DNA of 64,000 nucleotides from assembly GCA_965649765.1 (NCBI GenBank), contig OZ287749.1, positions 1,426,001 through 1,490,000 on the forward strand, written 5' to 3'. The position numbers and the translations under genes were made by a program. This document shows, piece after piece, positions 23,627-34,798 of this stretch; the stretch's first letter is position 1, and each line of letters begins with the position of its first letter. Below the pieces are notes generated by a model, which made no database searches, was not told the DNA's origin, and worked only from the letters and a program-made list of their open reading frames with translations. The stretch comes from Bispira polyomma. Lineage: Eukaryota.

Positions 23627-24912
23627 CAGTTACCATAGGGGGGGGGGGGGGGTGACGTTATTAAGGTGACCTTGAGAGATAAACGGAAAGATACCATTTG
23701 GAGATTTATTTTTGTACAAAAGTTAGTATGTATGTACAATGTTGTACAGTATAAAAGTAGGTGAAAATTTTATTCTGTGGAATTTTAAAATATACCCACA
23801 CTGTAAGCAAATAACGTAAAGCCCAGGTAATGCAGACATAATTAACGTGTGGAAGACAACTAATACAACACTAAAAATAAGTAAAAGGGGCTAGCCCAAC
23901 TAAGTTACAGTTATACATATAGCAATTAAACAACAGGTAGAGAAATACCCTTACAGCCTATGACATACCCTGTGTAGGCAAACCAAGTAAATTGATCTTT
24001 TACATCAGACCAAAACAGATTTACAGTTATGTGTGTAGCATTTAACAACAAGTAGACATAACATCCATCTTATACACAACCCGAGTAATCTGATGCTTAC
24101 ATAAGAGCATCCATTATTCAACCACAAGTATCATAATACAGACATACACACTGGAAGTCATCCAGTATGAAAATGAGAACAGCATTGGAACCCCTGACCT
24201 ATGGCACCTAATCACCTGGCAGAGAGGGGGTCCTGTCCTACAGCACTTCTATTCAACCCTGAGTCCCCACAGAGGACAGATTGAATGACACTATCCCATC
24301 TCCACACTGTCACTGGTTCAAATACTACTATGAGTACGGCTTACCGATACTCCACTAATACAGCACCAATACAAGATGAAACCAATTTTTTGTACACCAG
24401 GAGTACGAGTTACCGATTCTCTACTGATGCACCAGTTGTGCCAAATTGACAATTTCGTTAAAATAATACATTAATATGACGCACACTTTTTAACAAGAAA
24501 ATATAATATTAATATAGGAGGAAGATAAAGGTAAAATTGGTGGGAATTTCAGTAAAATGGTTGTTTACCCTTGGATATCTTTTCCCAAAATAGAGAGTGT
24601 ATGTGGGGACGCCCACACTAATTGAAGGTGTCTAGTGGTTTATGGCATAGTTCCGGTAGTGGACAGACCTACAATCCACTTCTCAAGCAGCTTCCATCAT
24701 CCCTTCTACTTGTTCCTCCATAATTCCTTCCTCCGTTTGATTGGGTTTGGGTATATTTTCAAATTTCACAGGATAAAATTTTAACTTACTTTTATACCAC
24801 ATAACATTGTACATACATACTAACTTTTGTACAAAAATAAATCTTCAAATGGTATCTTGCAGTTTATCTCTCAAGGTCACCTCAATAATGTCATCTCCAC
24901 CTACGGTAACTG
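23627..24912. mobile_element. Non-autonomous TIR DNA transposon, ~175-bp TIRs, CAG...CTG ends
   Basis: 23627-23800 is the inverse of 24745-24912 (e.g. TTTGTACAAAAGTTAGTATGTATGTACAATGTT vs AACATTGTACATACATACTAACTTTTGTACAAA). TSD not intact. Confidence 0.85.
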
Positions 24913-25949
24913 TGCCCAGCAGTCCACTTTAGGAGCCTTCTGCCTTGGTTACCCTCATGTCCAATTTCGCTTTTGTTAAACTATGCTTGTTCAAAAAATT
25001 TTCCTCCTCCTAATTAGTATGCACCTAATCAAGGATGGACATGATGTTCAGGAGGGAAACGTTATTGTTAAAAGCCAGAGTGGCCCCAGATCTAGGAAAT
25101 GTGTAGAATCCATGTGTAGTGTAGTTAATACCAATGTGCTGTGTTTTTGAGAACTGCCCTGATATGTGAATCTCCAACTGGTGAGTGTGGAGGTGAAGCT
25201 GTAACGAACAAAGGTGAAAACTGTGACTGGACCTATCAAGGGAGTGTCAATTATTTGGATTATTAAAAAACTCCTTTGACTGCTAGTCTTATGGAGGAGT
25301 TCAAGGTGAGACTACAAGTGAAAAGTGATATGGAGTTGTGTTGAAAAACTTGTACGTCAAAGTCCTACTTTGCAGCTATTTCATTTCTGAGATGTAGTTG
25401 TTGATAACCTAATCTATTCTGAACCAGGTACTCCAAAACGCCAGAACAGAATGTACAGTGATATGTTGAATTGAAGCATTTTTTTAATAATACTGACCTG
25501 GTACCAAAGAAACAGTTTTTGTGCCATATACTTTAGTTCTATTACATGTATATGGTTTATTACTATTATTCGTATTATGTTTGTTAAGGCGTATTGAGCG
25601 TCCATAGTTGTAAACGTAAAGGTGTTACCAGGAATTATATTTAACATTATCACAATCACAGATATATATATATATGATTATCCTTAGTCATTTTTGTGTG
25701 GTTCTTTCTGTGAGTTATGATAGTTGGAAGTCAGTATCTATAATGTTTATTGTACTTACTAGTGTGTTTGCCATGACTTGCCAATACCTTACTGTAAACC
25801 TTCTGTGGTTTCCACCTATGTTGTCATATGCGTATATACAGTTATTCACATGTATACCTACCTGCACATAGGGCATTATACCTTTACTCGTACAATGCTA
25901 TTTATGTACTCCAGCCAGAGTTCTTCCACTTGTCAACCAATTGTTTAGT

Positions 25950-26340
25950 CTCAGCTCCCTCAGGAAGCATACTAGCTGTGCTGCCACATGCGGCACACAA
26001 AGACTAACACCCATTAGCGGCCAGGTAACCATCTATACACCTGGGTAGAGAGGGACAACTTTGTGTAAAGCACTTTGCCCAAGGGTACAATCTACAGGCC
26101 TGCAGGAAGGATCAAACTGGGGCTCTGAGATCACTCAGATCCATAGTCCGACGCTCTAACCACTAGGCCAAGGGTACAATCTACAGGCCTGCAGGAAGGT
26201 TCAAGGCTCTGAGATCAATCGGATCCATAGTCCGACGCTCTAACCACTAGGCCAAGGGTACAATCTACAGGCCTGCAGGAAGGATCAAGGCTCTGAGATC
26301 ACTCGAATCCATAGTCCGACGCTCTAACCACTAGGCCACA
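25950..26340 (-). mobile_element. tRNA-derived SINE with Meta/CORE-like central domain and triplicated head
   Basis: Reverse complement: TGGCCTAGTGGTTAGAGCGTCGGAC head x3, then GTACCCTTGGGCAAAGTGCTTTAC...CCCAGGTGTATAGATGG...TATGCTTCCTGAGGGAGCTGAG. Confidence 0.85.
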
Positions 26341-27619
26341 GAGACCACTTATAATGCCTAACATTTGTTTGTAAATGAGTCTTGCCATCTTTAATCTTAG
26401 CGGATTATTATATCACAGTTAATTGAAATTGACATTGTTCGTCATGCAAGGTTGTTAGCATTATCTCATGCTCGTATACCACAATTAAAATCAGTCAGCC
26501 AGTTCATGATGCATAGTATCAGATCATTATCTTGCAGGATTTTTAGCCAGTCACAATGTTTACTTGTTGTCATAAAAACATCTTGACATGGTTTCCCGAG
26601 ATGGAGGTATATATAGGGGTTAGCAAGTTCCTGTATTCCCTTTGAACAGCTTTTTCCCCTAGCAATTACAATCGTCATATCTCATTTTGGCTGCACAGAC
26701 CGCTCACATCAGTATTGTTAGCTCATACCGTTTCATTCCTTCGTATGTTATGCTTCTGCTGTTACTTCATATAACGTTTTTTGGAAATAGGGATTCCTCA
26801 TATGATTATATGTGTAACTTCTGGTACTATAATCAAAAGAAATATAACAGAAACCTGATATGTCCTGAAATTCGGGAAATTATAGGTACACCACTGGGTT
26901 TTCTTGTTTCACACTTGTTACATAATAATTACAGTTAATTAAAACAGATTGCAAGTACTGATTAACACATCACTGTACATAGATATATTAGCTTTATTCC
27001 TGTCAGCAAGTTCTCCTGCCTGCCATTAATGGTGTATCTGTCCATAATAAAATGCCAGATTTTCAGTGTCATCATGGACCCATACACTATCATTTGATCT
27101 GTCTATGTCGCAATTGACATTAAGGCTGTCATCATGTGCACTATTGCTGTCATGACTGTTGCCGTTCTCAGCACTAAGCTTATTACATTCATTAAAAGAG
27201 TCAAGATTACTACTGCCCGTGCTAACACTGCTATCTGAAATAGGAACATTATTAAAATGTCTATATTCTAAATTCTCAGCTGTAAAACAACTGTCTTTAG
27301 AAGGTGTTTATTTCATGAGAAAGTCTATGTGCCTGCAAACCATAGTGTATTGTAGTGTCATTATGCACCTAAACACTGTCATTGAACGTGTCTATGTCAT
27401 GAGTGACATTTACACAAACATAACGTGCCCAACTGCCATTCTGATAGCTATCATCATAATTATTGCAGCCAGTGTTTGCACTGTTATCTGTAAATAGGTA
27501 CATTATTATAACATTTATTTTTTTAATTTCAAGTGTGGAACCCTGTTACTGATTAACACCTGTATTCACACAGTTACATTTCCTTACATCATAAGATACA
27601 TATTAACATATTTAAGTCA

Positions 27620-28409
27620 TGTTACATATAAGGACATTGTTGTATGTCAGTGGAGAAATGGTCTAGTTAGTACTGATGTTTCTTACACTCTGCTAGAGTG
27701 ATCTATTCATAGATTTGGGGAAACCCCAAAGCTTCTAGAAGCTGGTTCTGTGTAGTGTTTTTATTGGAGTTGTGTTGACCTGTTTACATTTAATTCCAGA
27801 GTCTTCTAGTAACTGTTGTTTACATACTCTAGAGCCTTCTATAGCTCTAGTATATATGAGGGTTGAAAGCCTGGCCACAGACTAGAGTTTGTTGAGTTAG
27901 TATGCTATGTGGATTGATATATTGTGAAACACTTTATTTCTGTGTCAAGTGGATATAAACTGGTTATTATATACATTTTGTGGTGAACTCATTGGAGTGA
28001 ACTGGATGTAAAATTAAAGATTTATCGGAGAGTGGAACTGCTACATACTAGATATTGTTTGCATCCTTAACTGGATAGCTTAGTTGTGCAGCTCTGGATA
28101 TATACATTTTGTATTTGTGGACCTTGAACAGATAACAAGATACAGGCATTGTGTGTTAGTGGACACCAAGCGGATCTCAAGACAGATTGCTGGGTACAGT
28201 GGACAAACTTGTGTAACGTGGACAGGATTGTGGTCAGGTTAGATTGGTTGTATTGCTTTACTATTATATGAACTATTAAGAGTATCTCAGTTGACTGTAA
28301 ATGTTATTTTATTGTTAAATAAATTTGTTAAGTGGAACTTTTTGTCTTTTCCTATTGCATCTTGAAAGCAACTGGTAATTTCTACCGGCTTGCTCCGGTG
28401 ACAGTAACA
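27620..28409 (+). mobile_element. Solo LTR, 790 bp, with 4-bp TSD
   Basis: Ends TGTTAC...GTAACA, flanked by GTCA (27616-27619 and 28410-28413). TATA-like at ~27851 and AATAAA at ~28318 give the orientation. Confidence 0.85.
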
Positions 28410-28763
28410 GTCAAGAGTTATTATATCACTACTATTATTACATACACTACTCTCTCTGATTGTTCTGCCTATTTGAAGTCACTCCTAGCATAGCATGACA
28501 AGTCAGTGGCAGAAATTATATGCCTTTCTGTACACTTTCCCTCCTAGAAATTGTTTACTCAGTAACCCTAATCATAGCCTAGAATACTTAAGTCACACAA
28601 CCAATCACCTTCCTTCAGAGTAACCCTGTTTCCGCCTTTTTCATGATGTAGCCATTCATTAGTTAGAAGTCAAAGTAGCAACACCAAATATAAGTGCCCA
28701 GGAGCGGCCAAAGTTTATTTGATGTGTTCGTAATTCTTTTACATACTTTTTAAGTGTGCTTTA

Positions 28764-30027
28764 GTGTATAATGACCGTATCTATACGGAGCTGTCACCTG
28801 ATAAAGATTCATGCACAGATAATAACCACAACTGTGACACCGGGAGCAGCATTTCGAAGAAAGTAAGTTCTTATAATTTCTACCGGGACATTTACTTTAG
28901 GCAACAAGCCATGATACAGACACTATTAACTACTGTGTCTAAGTTACAAGAGGAAGTGTTTGACCTTAAAGTGAAATGACCAGAGACCCCACTTCTACAG
29001 TTACCCACTCTTAGTGCTCCACTAGCGGCCCCGGTAACACGGCCCATACCCGCTACACAGTCATACATACCAGCTCACTCCACACAGATCCGTCAAGACC
29101 CTATATACAGGCATACAGCAGCTCCCGTGTCTCACAGTCTTCCGAAGATCAATGACGTACAAAAAAAAAACATCCTCACAACGTTTATCCACCTCACATC
29201 AGTTATCAGCCTCATGCAACAGCCTCGTTACAGCAACAAACCACAATAGTTACCAATGCAGACAACTATGGTCAGGACAACACTCAGCGTGCACTCCAGG
29301 ACGCCATTCTACCTACACTTGACGTCCTACAACAGTCATCCTTTAACCGGAACGAGGTATGCTTGCGCTCGGCACGATACAAAGCTTGGGCTGCCGATGA
29401 AAGTTTACAAGGTAAGCTGGCCACTAAGAAAAAGTCGAAACGTTATAATGTATCTGATGTATGTGTCTACGACCCTATGAAATGGTGGCCTTATGAGGCC
29501 TGCCTCTCAGGTATTAATAAGAAACGTGTCTTGTTTGATGATTTGACCATTCTCCAATTTGCCGCGCTCCAAATACAAAATATCCTGGACGTAAAAAATC
29601 CGTCAATCTCTCGAGACATGCTCACTCAATTAGCTGATATGCTTTAAGATGCCTCGAATGTATCTTAGAAGATTGCCCGGGGAGCCTATGCATGCAACAT
29701 GCATGATGTGTAGAAAGGCCGTCTGAGCTGGCTAAATGAAACAAAGTGAACTTTAAACAGACTTTCATATTCCCATGCCCTTGTTTGAACAACATGTCTT
29801 CAAACTCTGTTTCCCATGCGTCAACCACCAACAAGCAGGAAAAGCCCTGTAGGCATTACCAAAAGGGTCAATGTCAACATCAAAAGGACCACGAAGGGAC
29901 AAACGACATCATTAAACACATTTGTGCCAACTGTTTCCGGGTGAATAATAAATCCAACTCCCACTTGGAATCCAAGTGTTTCAAACTCCATGGACGGCCA
30001 ACCCCTACAGCTACCACAACTCAATAG
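28764..30027 (+). mobile_element. DIRS/Ngaro-type retrotransposon gag-like ORF1 remnant
   Basis: QGK...KSKRYNVSD...WPYE...KKRVLFDDLTILQF...QIQNIL...ML*DAS...ARGAYA, and C-terminal zinc module CRHYQKGQCQHQKDH...HICANC...H...C. Confidence 0.7.
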
Positions 30028-30479
30028 GACCACGGACTGCCTACTGTCACCACCACCAGCTGCTGTTACACAAATTTAGTTGACGTTAACTGTGTGAGTC
30101 AGAGAAACTTTGAAGTTAACTGTTATAATTATAAGCAAATTAATAAGATGAGGACCAAGATTTAAAATCCAGTTTGAGTATTAGTACTAGGGTTAGTAAT
30201 ATTAAACATTTACCTGTAGATGGCAAAGTTACTGCATTGCAGGTATCACCAGACTATAACGAATCATGTGATTGCTGTGACACAGCAAAAAGTGACAGTT
30301 CATTTTTTACAGTTCATATTATTAATTATTTGATATGTATCTGAGTAACAGCTGTCATAACTGTAATATTTCAAATCTCTGTTACCTAGTATGTTGTGAA
30401 GATGTATCTCTTTCAGGTATATGTACAATTATGGACAAGGTCACTGGGCATTCCAGAAATCCACATTTTCATTAGAACA

Positions 30480-31162
30480 TAGCTGGCCAATAGCATACTC
30501 GGGCTCTAATGGTTGTGTCCGATACTTGAGCAATGTTAAACAGCTGGCCAGCAGACCATTGAGCAAGCGCCAGTTCATCGTATTGGGGTCGCTTCCGGGC
30601 AGTACCCCCCCAACCACCCTTTGTTGGCCCAACGTGATTGGGGATCTGCACTACAAATGTCAGTTTGATTGAATCTGCAGGATTTCTGATGAAAGGATGG
30701 CTTACCTTGGGACAGGTCTTGTCTTTGTTGCATAGTCGTCATAGGCAGCCAGCCTTCGGTTAACTGCAGCTGTCACATCTGGTTATGGTTTCAGTACATC
30801 GGGCCATGGAATAATACCATCTTGTTGATAGTCAATGTGGTTGTGACCGGCTGGATACTGGTCATCTGTTGAGCCAGGAACACTGCCTGTGGTTGTTGGA
30901 ATGCAGTCGTACGTGGCCAGGTGCGATTAGTCACATACAGAATCGTATCTTTTCTGGCAAGGTGAGGTGAACTAAGTGGAGTCAAATTATGTAAGCCCCT
31001 TGATTCAACTACGTCTAGACGCTTAGAAATGGACGGGTAGGGGGATTCTAGCTTCCGAAGAATGATCATAACCTCAAACATATCACCTGATCTGCTTGTA
31101 GATTCCATTTTGGATGGTAGGCCATTCAGATTCCATACTACTGGATCTGTCGCTTTTATCAC
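30480..31162 (-). mobile_element. Second, divergent DIRS/Ngaro-type gag remnant
   Basis: Hand translation across two frameshifts: PDVTAAVNRRLAAYDD / QDLSQGKPSFHQKSCRFNQTD...RWANKGWLGG / TARKRPQYDELALAQWSAGQLFNIAQVSD. Confidence 0.7.
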
Positions 31163-31337
31163 TGCTCCCCTGCGTGCTTAAAATATTAGGTTTTCTGAAT
31201 TGTGAATCAAATGTCAGATCTAGCGATTTAAGAAATGTAGAAATTTTTTTATTCAGAAAAGAGCATCGCCATTCCAAAAGGGTGCTGTCTTAGAAAATAT
31301 GTAAGATCTTCATGGAATAGTTTGAAGCAATCAACCG

Positions 31338-32435
31338 GTCCAACACCTATCCTTGGTTATGCACATCTACTTTATCCCACATCAACTTATCCTTGGCTAT
31401 ACACACCTACGTTACCCACACCATCCCATCCTTGGTTATACACACCTACTTCATTCCACACCAATCCATCCTTGGTTATACATACCTACTTCATTCCACA
31501 TCAACTCATACTTGGTTATACATACCTACTTTATCCCACACCAACCCATGCTTGGCTATACACACCTACTTCATCCCACACCAACCCACCCTTGGATACA
31601 CACACCTACTTCATCCCACACCAACCCACCCTTGGTTATACACACCTACGTCATCCCACACCAATCCATCCTTGGTTATACATACCTACTTCATCCCGCA
31701 CCAACCTATAATGGGTTATACATACCTACTTCATCCCACACCAACCCACATTTGGTTATACACACTTACTTCATTCCAAATCAACCCATTCTTGGTTATA
31801 CATACATACTTCATCCCGCAACAACCTATAATGGGTTATACATACCTACTTCATCCCACACCAACCCATCATTGGTTATACATACCTACTTCATCCCACA
31901 CCAACCCATATTTGGTTATACACACCTACTTCATACCACACCAACCCATATTTGGTTATACATACCTACTTCATCCCACACCAACCCATCCTTTGGTTAT
32001 ATACACCTACTTCATCCCACACCAACCCATATTTGGTTATACACACCTACTTCATACCACACCAACCCATATTTGGTTATATATACCTATTTCATCCCAC
32101 ATCAACCCATCCTTGGTTATACACACCTACTTCATCCCACACCAACCCATCCTTTGGTTATACATACCTATTTCATCCCACACCAACCCATTTTTGGTTA
32201 TACACATATACTTCATCCCACACCAACCCATATTTGGTTATCCACACCTACTTCATCCTACATCAACCCATCATTGGTTATACAAACCTACTCCATCCCA
32301 CACCAACCCATCCTTTGGTTATACACACCTACTTTATCCCACACCAACCCATATTTGGTTATACACACCTATTTCATCCCACATCAACCCATCCTTTGGT
32401 TATACAAACCTACTCCATCCTACACCAACTCATCC
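31338..32435. repeat. 40-41-bp minisatellite, ~27 copies
   Basis: Unit CCTTGGTTATACACACCTACTTCATCCCACACCAACCCAT. It produces spurious ORFs in 31322-32496. Confidence 0.97.
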
Positions 32436-32882
32436 TCAGGTTGACCGAATTTTGAAGTCAAAATGGACCCTTACAGGTAGCGCTTGGATTTTTTGAAATA
32501 TATAGTCTGTTAGAAAAAAAGTAAAATATGTTAGAAGATTAAAAGACAAAGAACTAATTTAATTATGTGATCCTTTCATGTTTCTAAATTGTGTGCATGT
32601 CTGCATTGGAGTGTAAGCACAAGGAAGTCTACAAGAAAATATTTACTGATCCCAATTCTATACCACATAAAGTAAAAAAATTCCAACAACTTTGACCTTC
32701 AAATGGCAAATTTAAAAAAATATATATATATTTGTTCCAAGGACAAACTATCATGAAGTTTTTTTATGTTATGATTTAAGGATTATAATTTGAAAGCAAT
32801 ATTCAATAATTGCAATTAAAATATATACAATGAATGAAGCTGAGGAGATGTTTTTGTTGTATAGAAAAAATAGAAATAGACC

Positions 32883-33492
32883 AGACTAATCTAATCTAAT
32901 CTAGTCGTACTTTTATAGCGCTTAATCTTTGTACAACAAATTCTAAGGCGCAACAAACCCAAAACGTTAATCGCAAATCAAAAACAGTGGGCGGATGGAA
33001 GTCGTAACCAGGGAGACTACCGTAGATGGTTGCGACGGCTAAGGTAGAAAAGCCTGTTCAAAAAGATAGGCCTTCAGCTTACTCCTGAAAGAGGAGAAAG
33101 TTTGAGCCAGGCGAACATGATCAGGTAGGCTGTTCCAAATGAGGGGGCCATCATGAGCTAGGCAGTGATTGAACTGAACTTTGGATTTGTGGATGCGAGG
33201 GTCGAAGGTGGGAATGTTAAGGTATAATTTATCAGGGTTACTGCGCCTAGTCCTGACTGAGCATGTATATTTGGATAAATGGGGGCTAAAATAAGTGGGT
33301 AATCCAGAATTTAGAAATTTATATATTATTGTTGCTGTTTTGAAAGCAACACGATATTTTATTGGGAGCCAGTGCAGTGACTTGAGTACAGGAGTAATGT
33401 GGGAAAATTTAGATGTTTTGGTCACAATACGTGCCAATGAGTGTTGGATATTCTGAAGGCGTCTGAGATCACTACGAGATAAGGAATGGAAG
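32883..33492 (-). mobile_element. 5'-truncated L2 family C 3' end with (ATTAG)n tail
   Basis: ORF 33039-33518 contains LQNIQHSLARIV...HITPVLKSLHWLPI...WNSLP...FRSKLKAYLF. Tail CTAATCTAATCTAATC on + at 32886. Confidence 0.9.
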
Positions 33493-33812
33493 GACAAACA
33501 ACATTCTTTTTTTTCCAAACAATTATGTTCTGAGGCAATTGAATACGAGAAAACAATAAATTAAAATTCTCACATGTTTATGACAAAGATTCTACTGCTA
33601 TAGACAAAAAAAAGGAGAAAACAATTAAAATAAGACTTTGTCCAATGTACAGTGCAACTTTAAGCTCAATATAACTGTGTTTTAACACTGATACTTAAAT
33701 ATTGCCGTTTTAAATGTTTAGCATCAGTTAAGACTAAATCTGAATACTGTACATATCTCAATAGGGTGAAAAGAGTGTTGTCCAAAGAACCAACTTCTTC
33801 TTTTGTTCATGC

Positions 33813-34196
33813 TGTAACCCACATTGTAACCCTCATTGTAACCCTCACTTTAACCCTCACTCTAACCCTCATTGTAACTCTCATTGTAACCCTCACTCTA
33901 ACCCTCACTCTAACCCTCATTGTAACTCTCATTGTAACCCTCATTGTAAACCTCACTGTAACCCTCACTGTAACTCTCATTGTAACCCTCATTGTAACCC
34001 TCACTGTAACCCTCACTGTAACCCTCATTGTAACTCTCATTGTAACCCTCATTGTAACCCTCACTTTAACCCTCATTGTAACCCTCACTGTAACCCTCAT
34101 TGTAACCCTCACTGTAACCCTCATTGTAACCCTCATTGTAACCCTCACTATAACCCTCACTGTAACCCTCATTGTAACCCTCATTGTAACCCTCAA
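33813..34196. repeat. 12-bp satellite (TGTAACCCTCA[T/C])n, ~32 copies
   Basis: Directly visible. Confidence 0.97.
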
Positions 34197-34216
34197 TCTG
34201 TCGGGCTCTTCTAGCT

Positions 34217-34798
34217 ATCATCGGAGCGACTATCTACATAGATGATAATATCCCACCTGGTATCACTCTCAATCGGAGCCACTATCTACATAGATTATAA
34301 TATCCCACCTGGTATCACTCTCAATCGGAGCGACTATCTACATAGATGATAATATCCCATCTGGTATCACACTCAATCAAAGCGACTATCTACACAGATG
34401 ATAATATCCCACCTGGTATCACTCTCAATCAAAGAAATTATCTACATAGATGATAATATCCCACCTGGTATCACTCTCAATCAAAGCGATTATCTATATA
34501 GATGATAATATCCCACCTGGTATCACTCTCAATCAAAGCGACTATCTACACAGATGATAATATCCCACCTGGTATCACTCTTAATCAAAGCGACTATCTA
34601 TATAGTTGATAATATCCCACCTGGTATCACTCTCAATCAAAGCGACTATCTACATAGATGATAATATCCCACCTGATATCACTCTCAATCAAAGCGACTA
34701 TCTACACAGATGATAATATCCCACCTGTTATAACTCTCAATCAAAGCGACTATCTACATAGATGATAATATCCCACCTGGTATCACTCTCAATCAAAG
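34217..34798. repeat. 52-bp minisatellite, ~11 copies
   Basis: Unit TC(GG/AA)AGCGACTATCTACATAGATGATAATATCCCACCTGGTATCACTCTCAA; 34221 vs 34273. Confidence 0.97.

Noticed and set aside
25040-25380. Possible integrase C-terminal remnant
   Set aside because: Only a vague resemblance; no convincing motif could be read.
31322-32496. Overlapping 129-367-aa His/Pro/Thr ORFs
   Set aside because: The stop-free 40-bp satellite is open in all three frames.
33766-34245. Thr/Leu/Val and Met/Arg/Val repeat ORFs
   Set aside because: 12-bp satellite artefacts on both strands.
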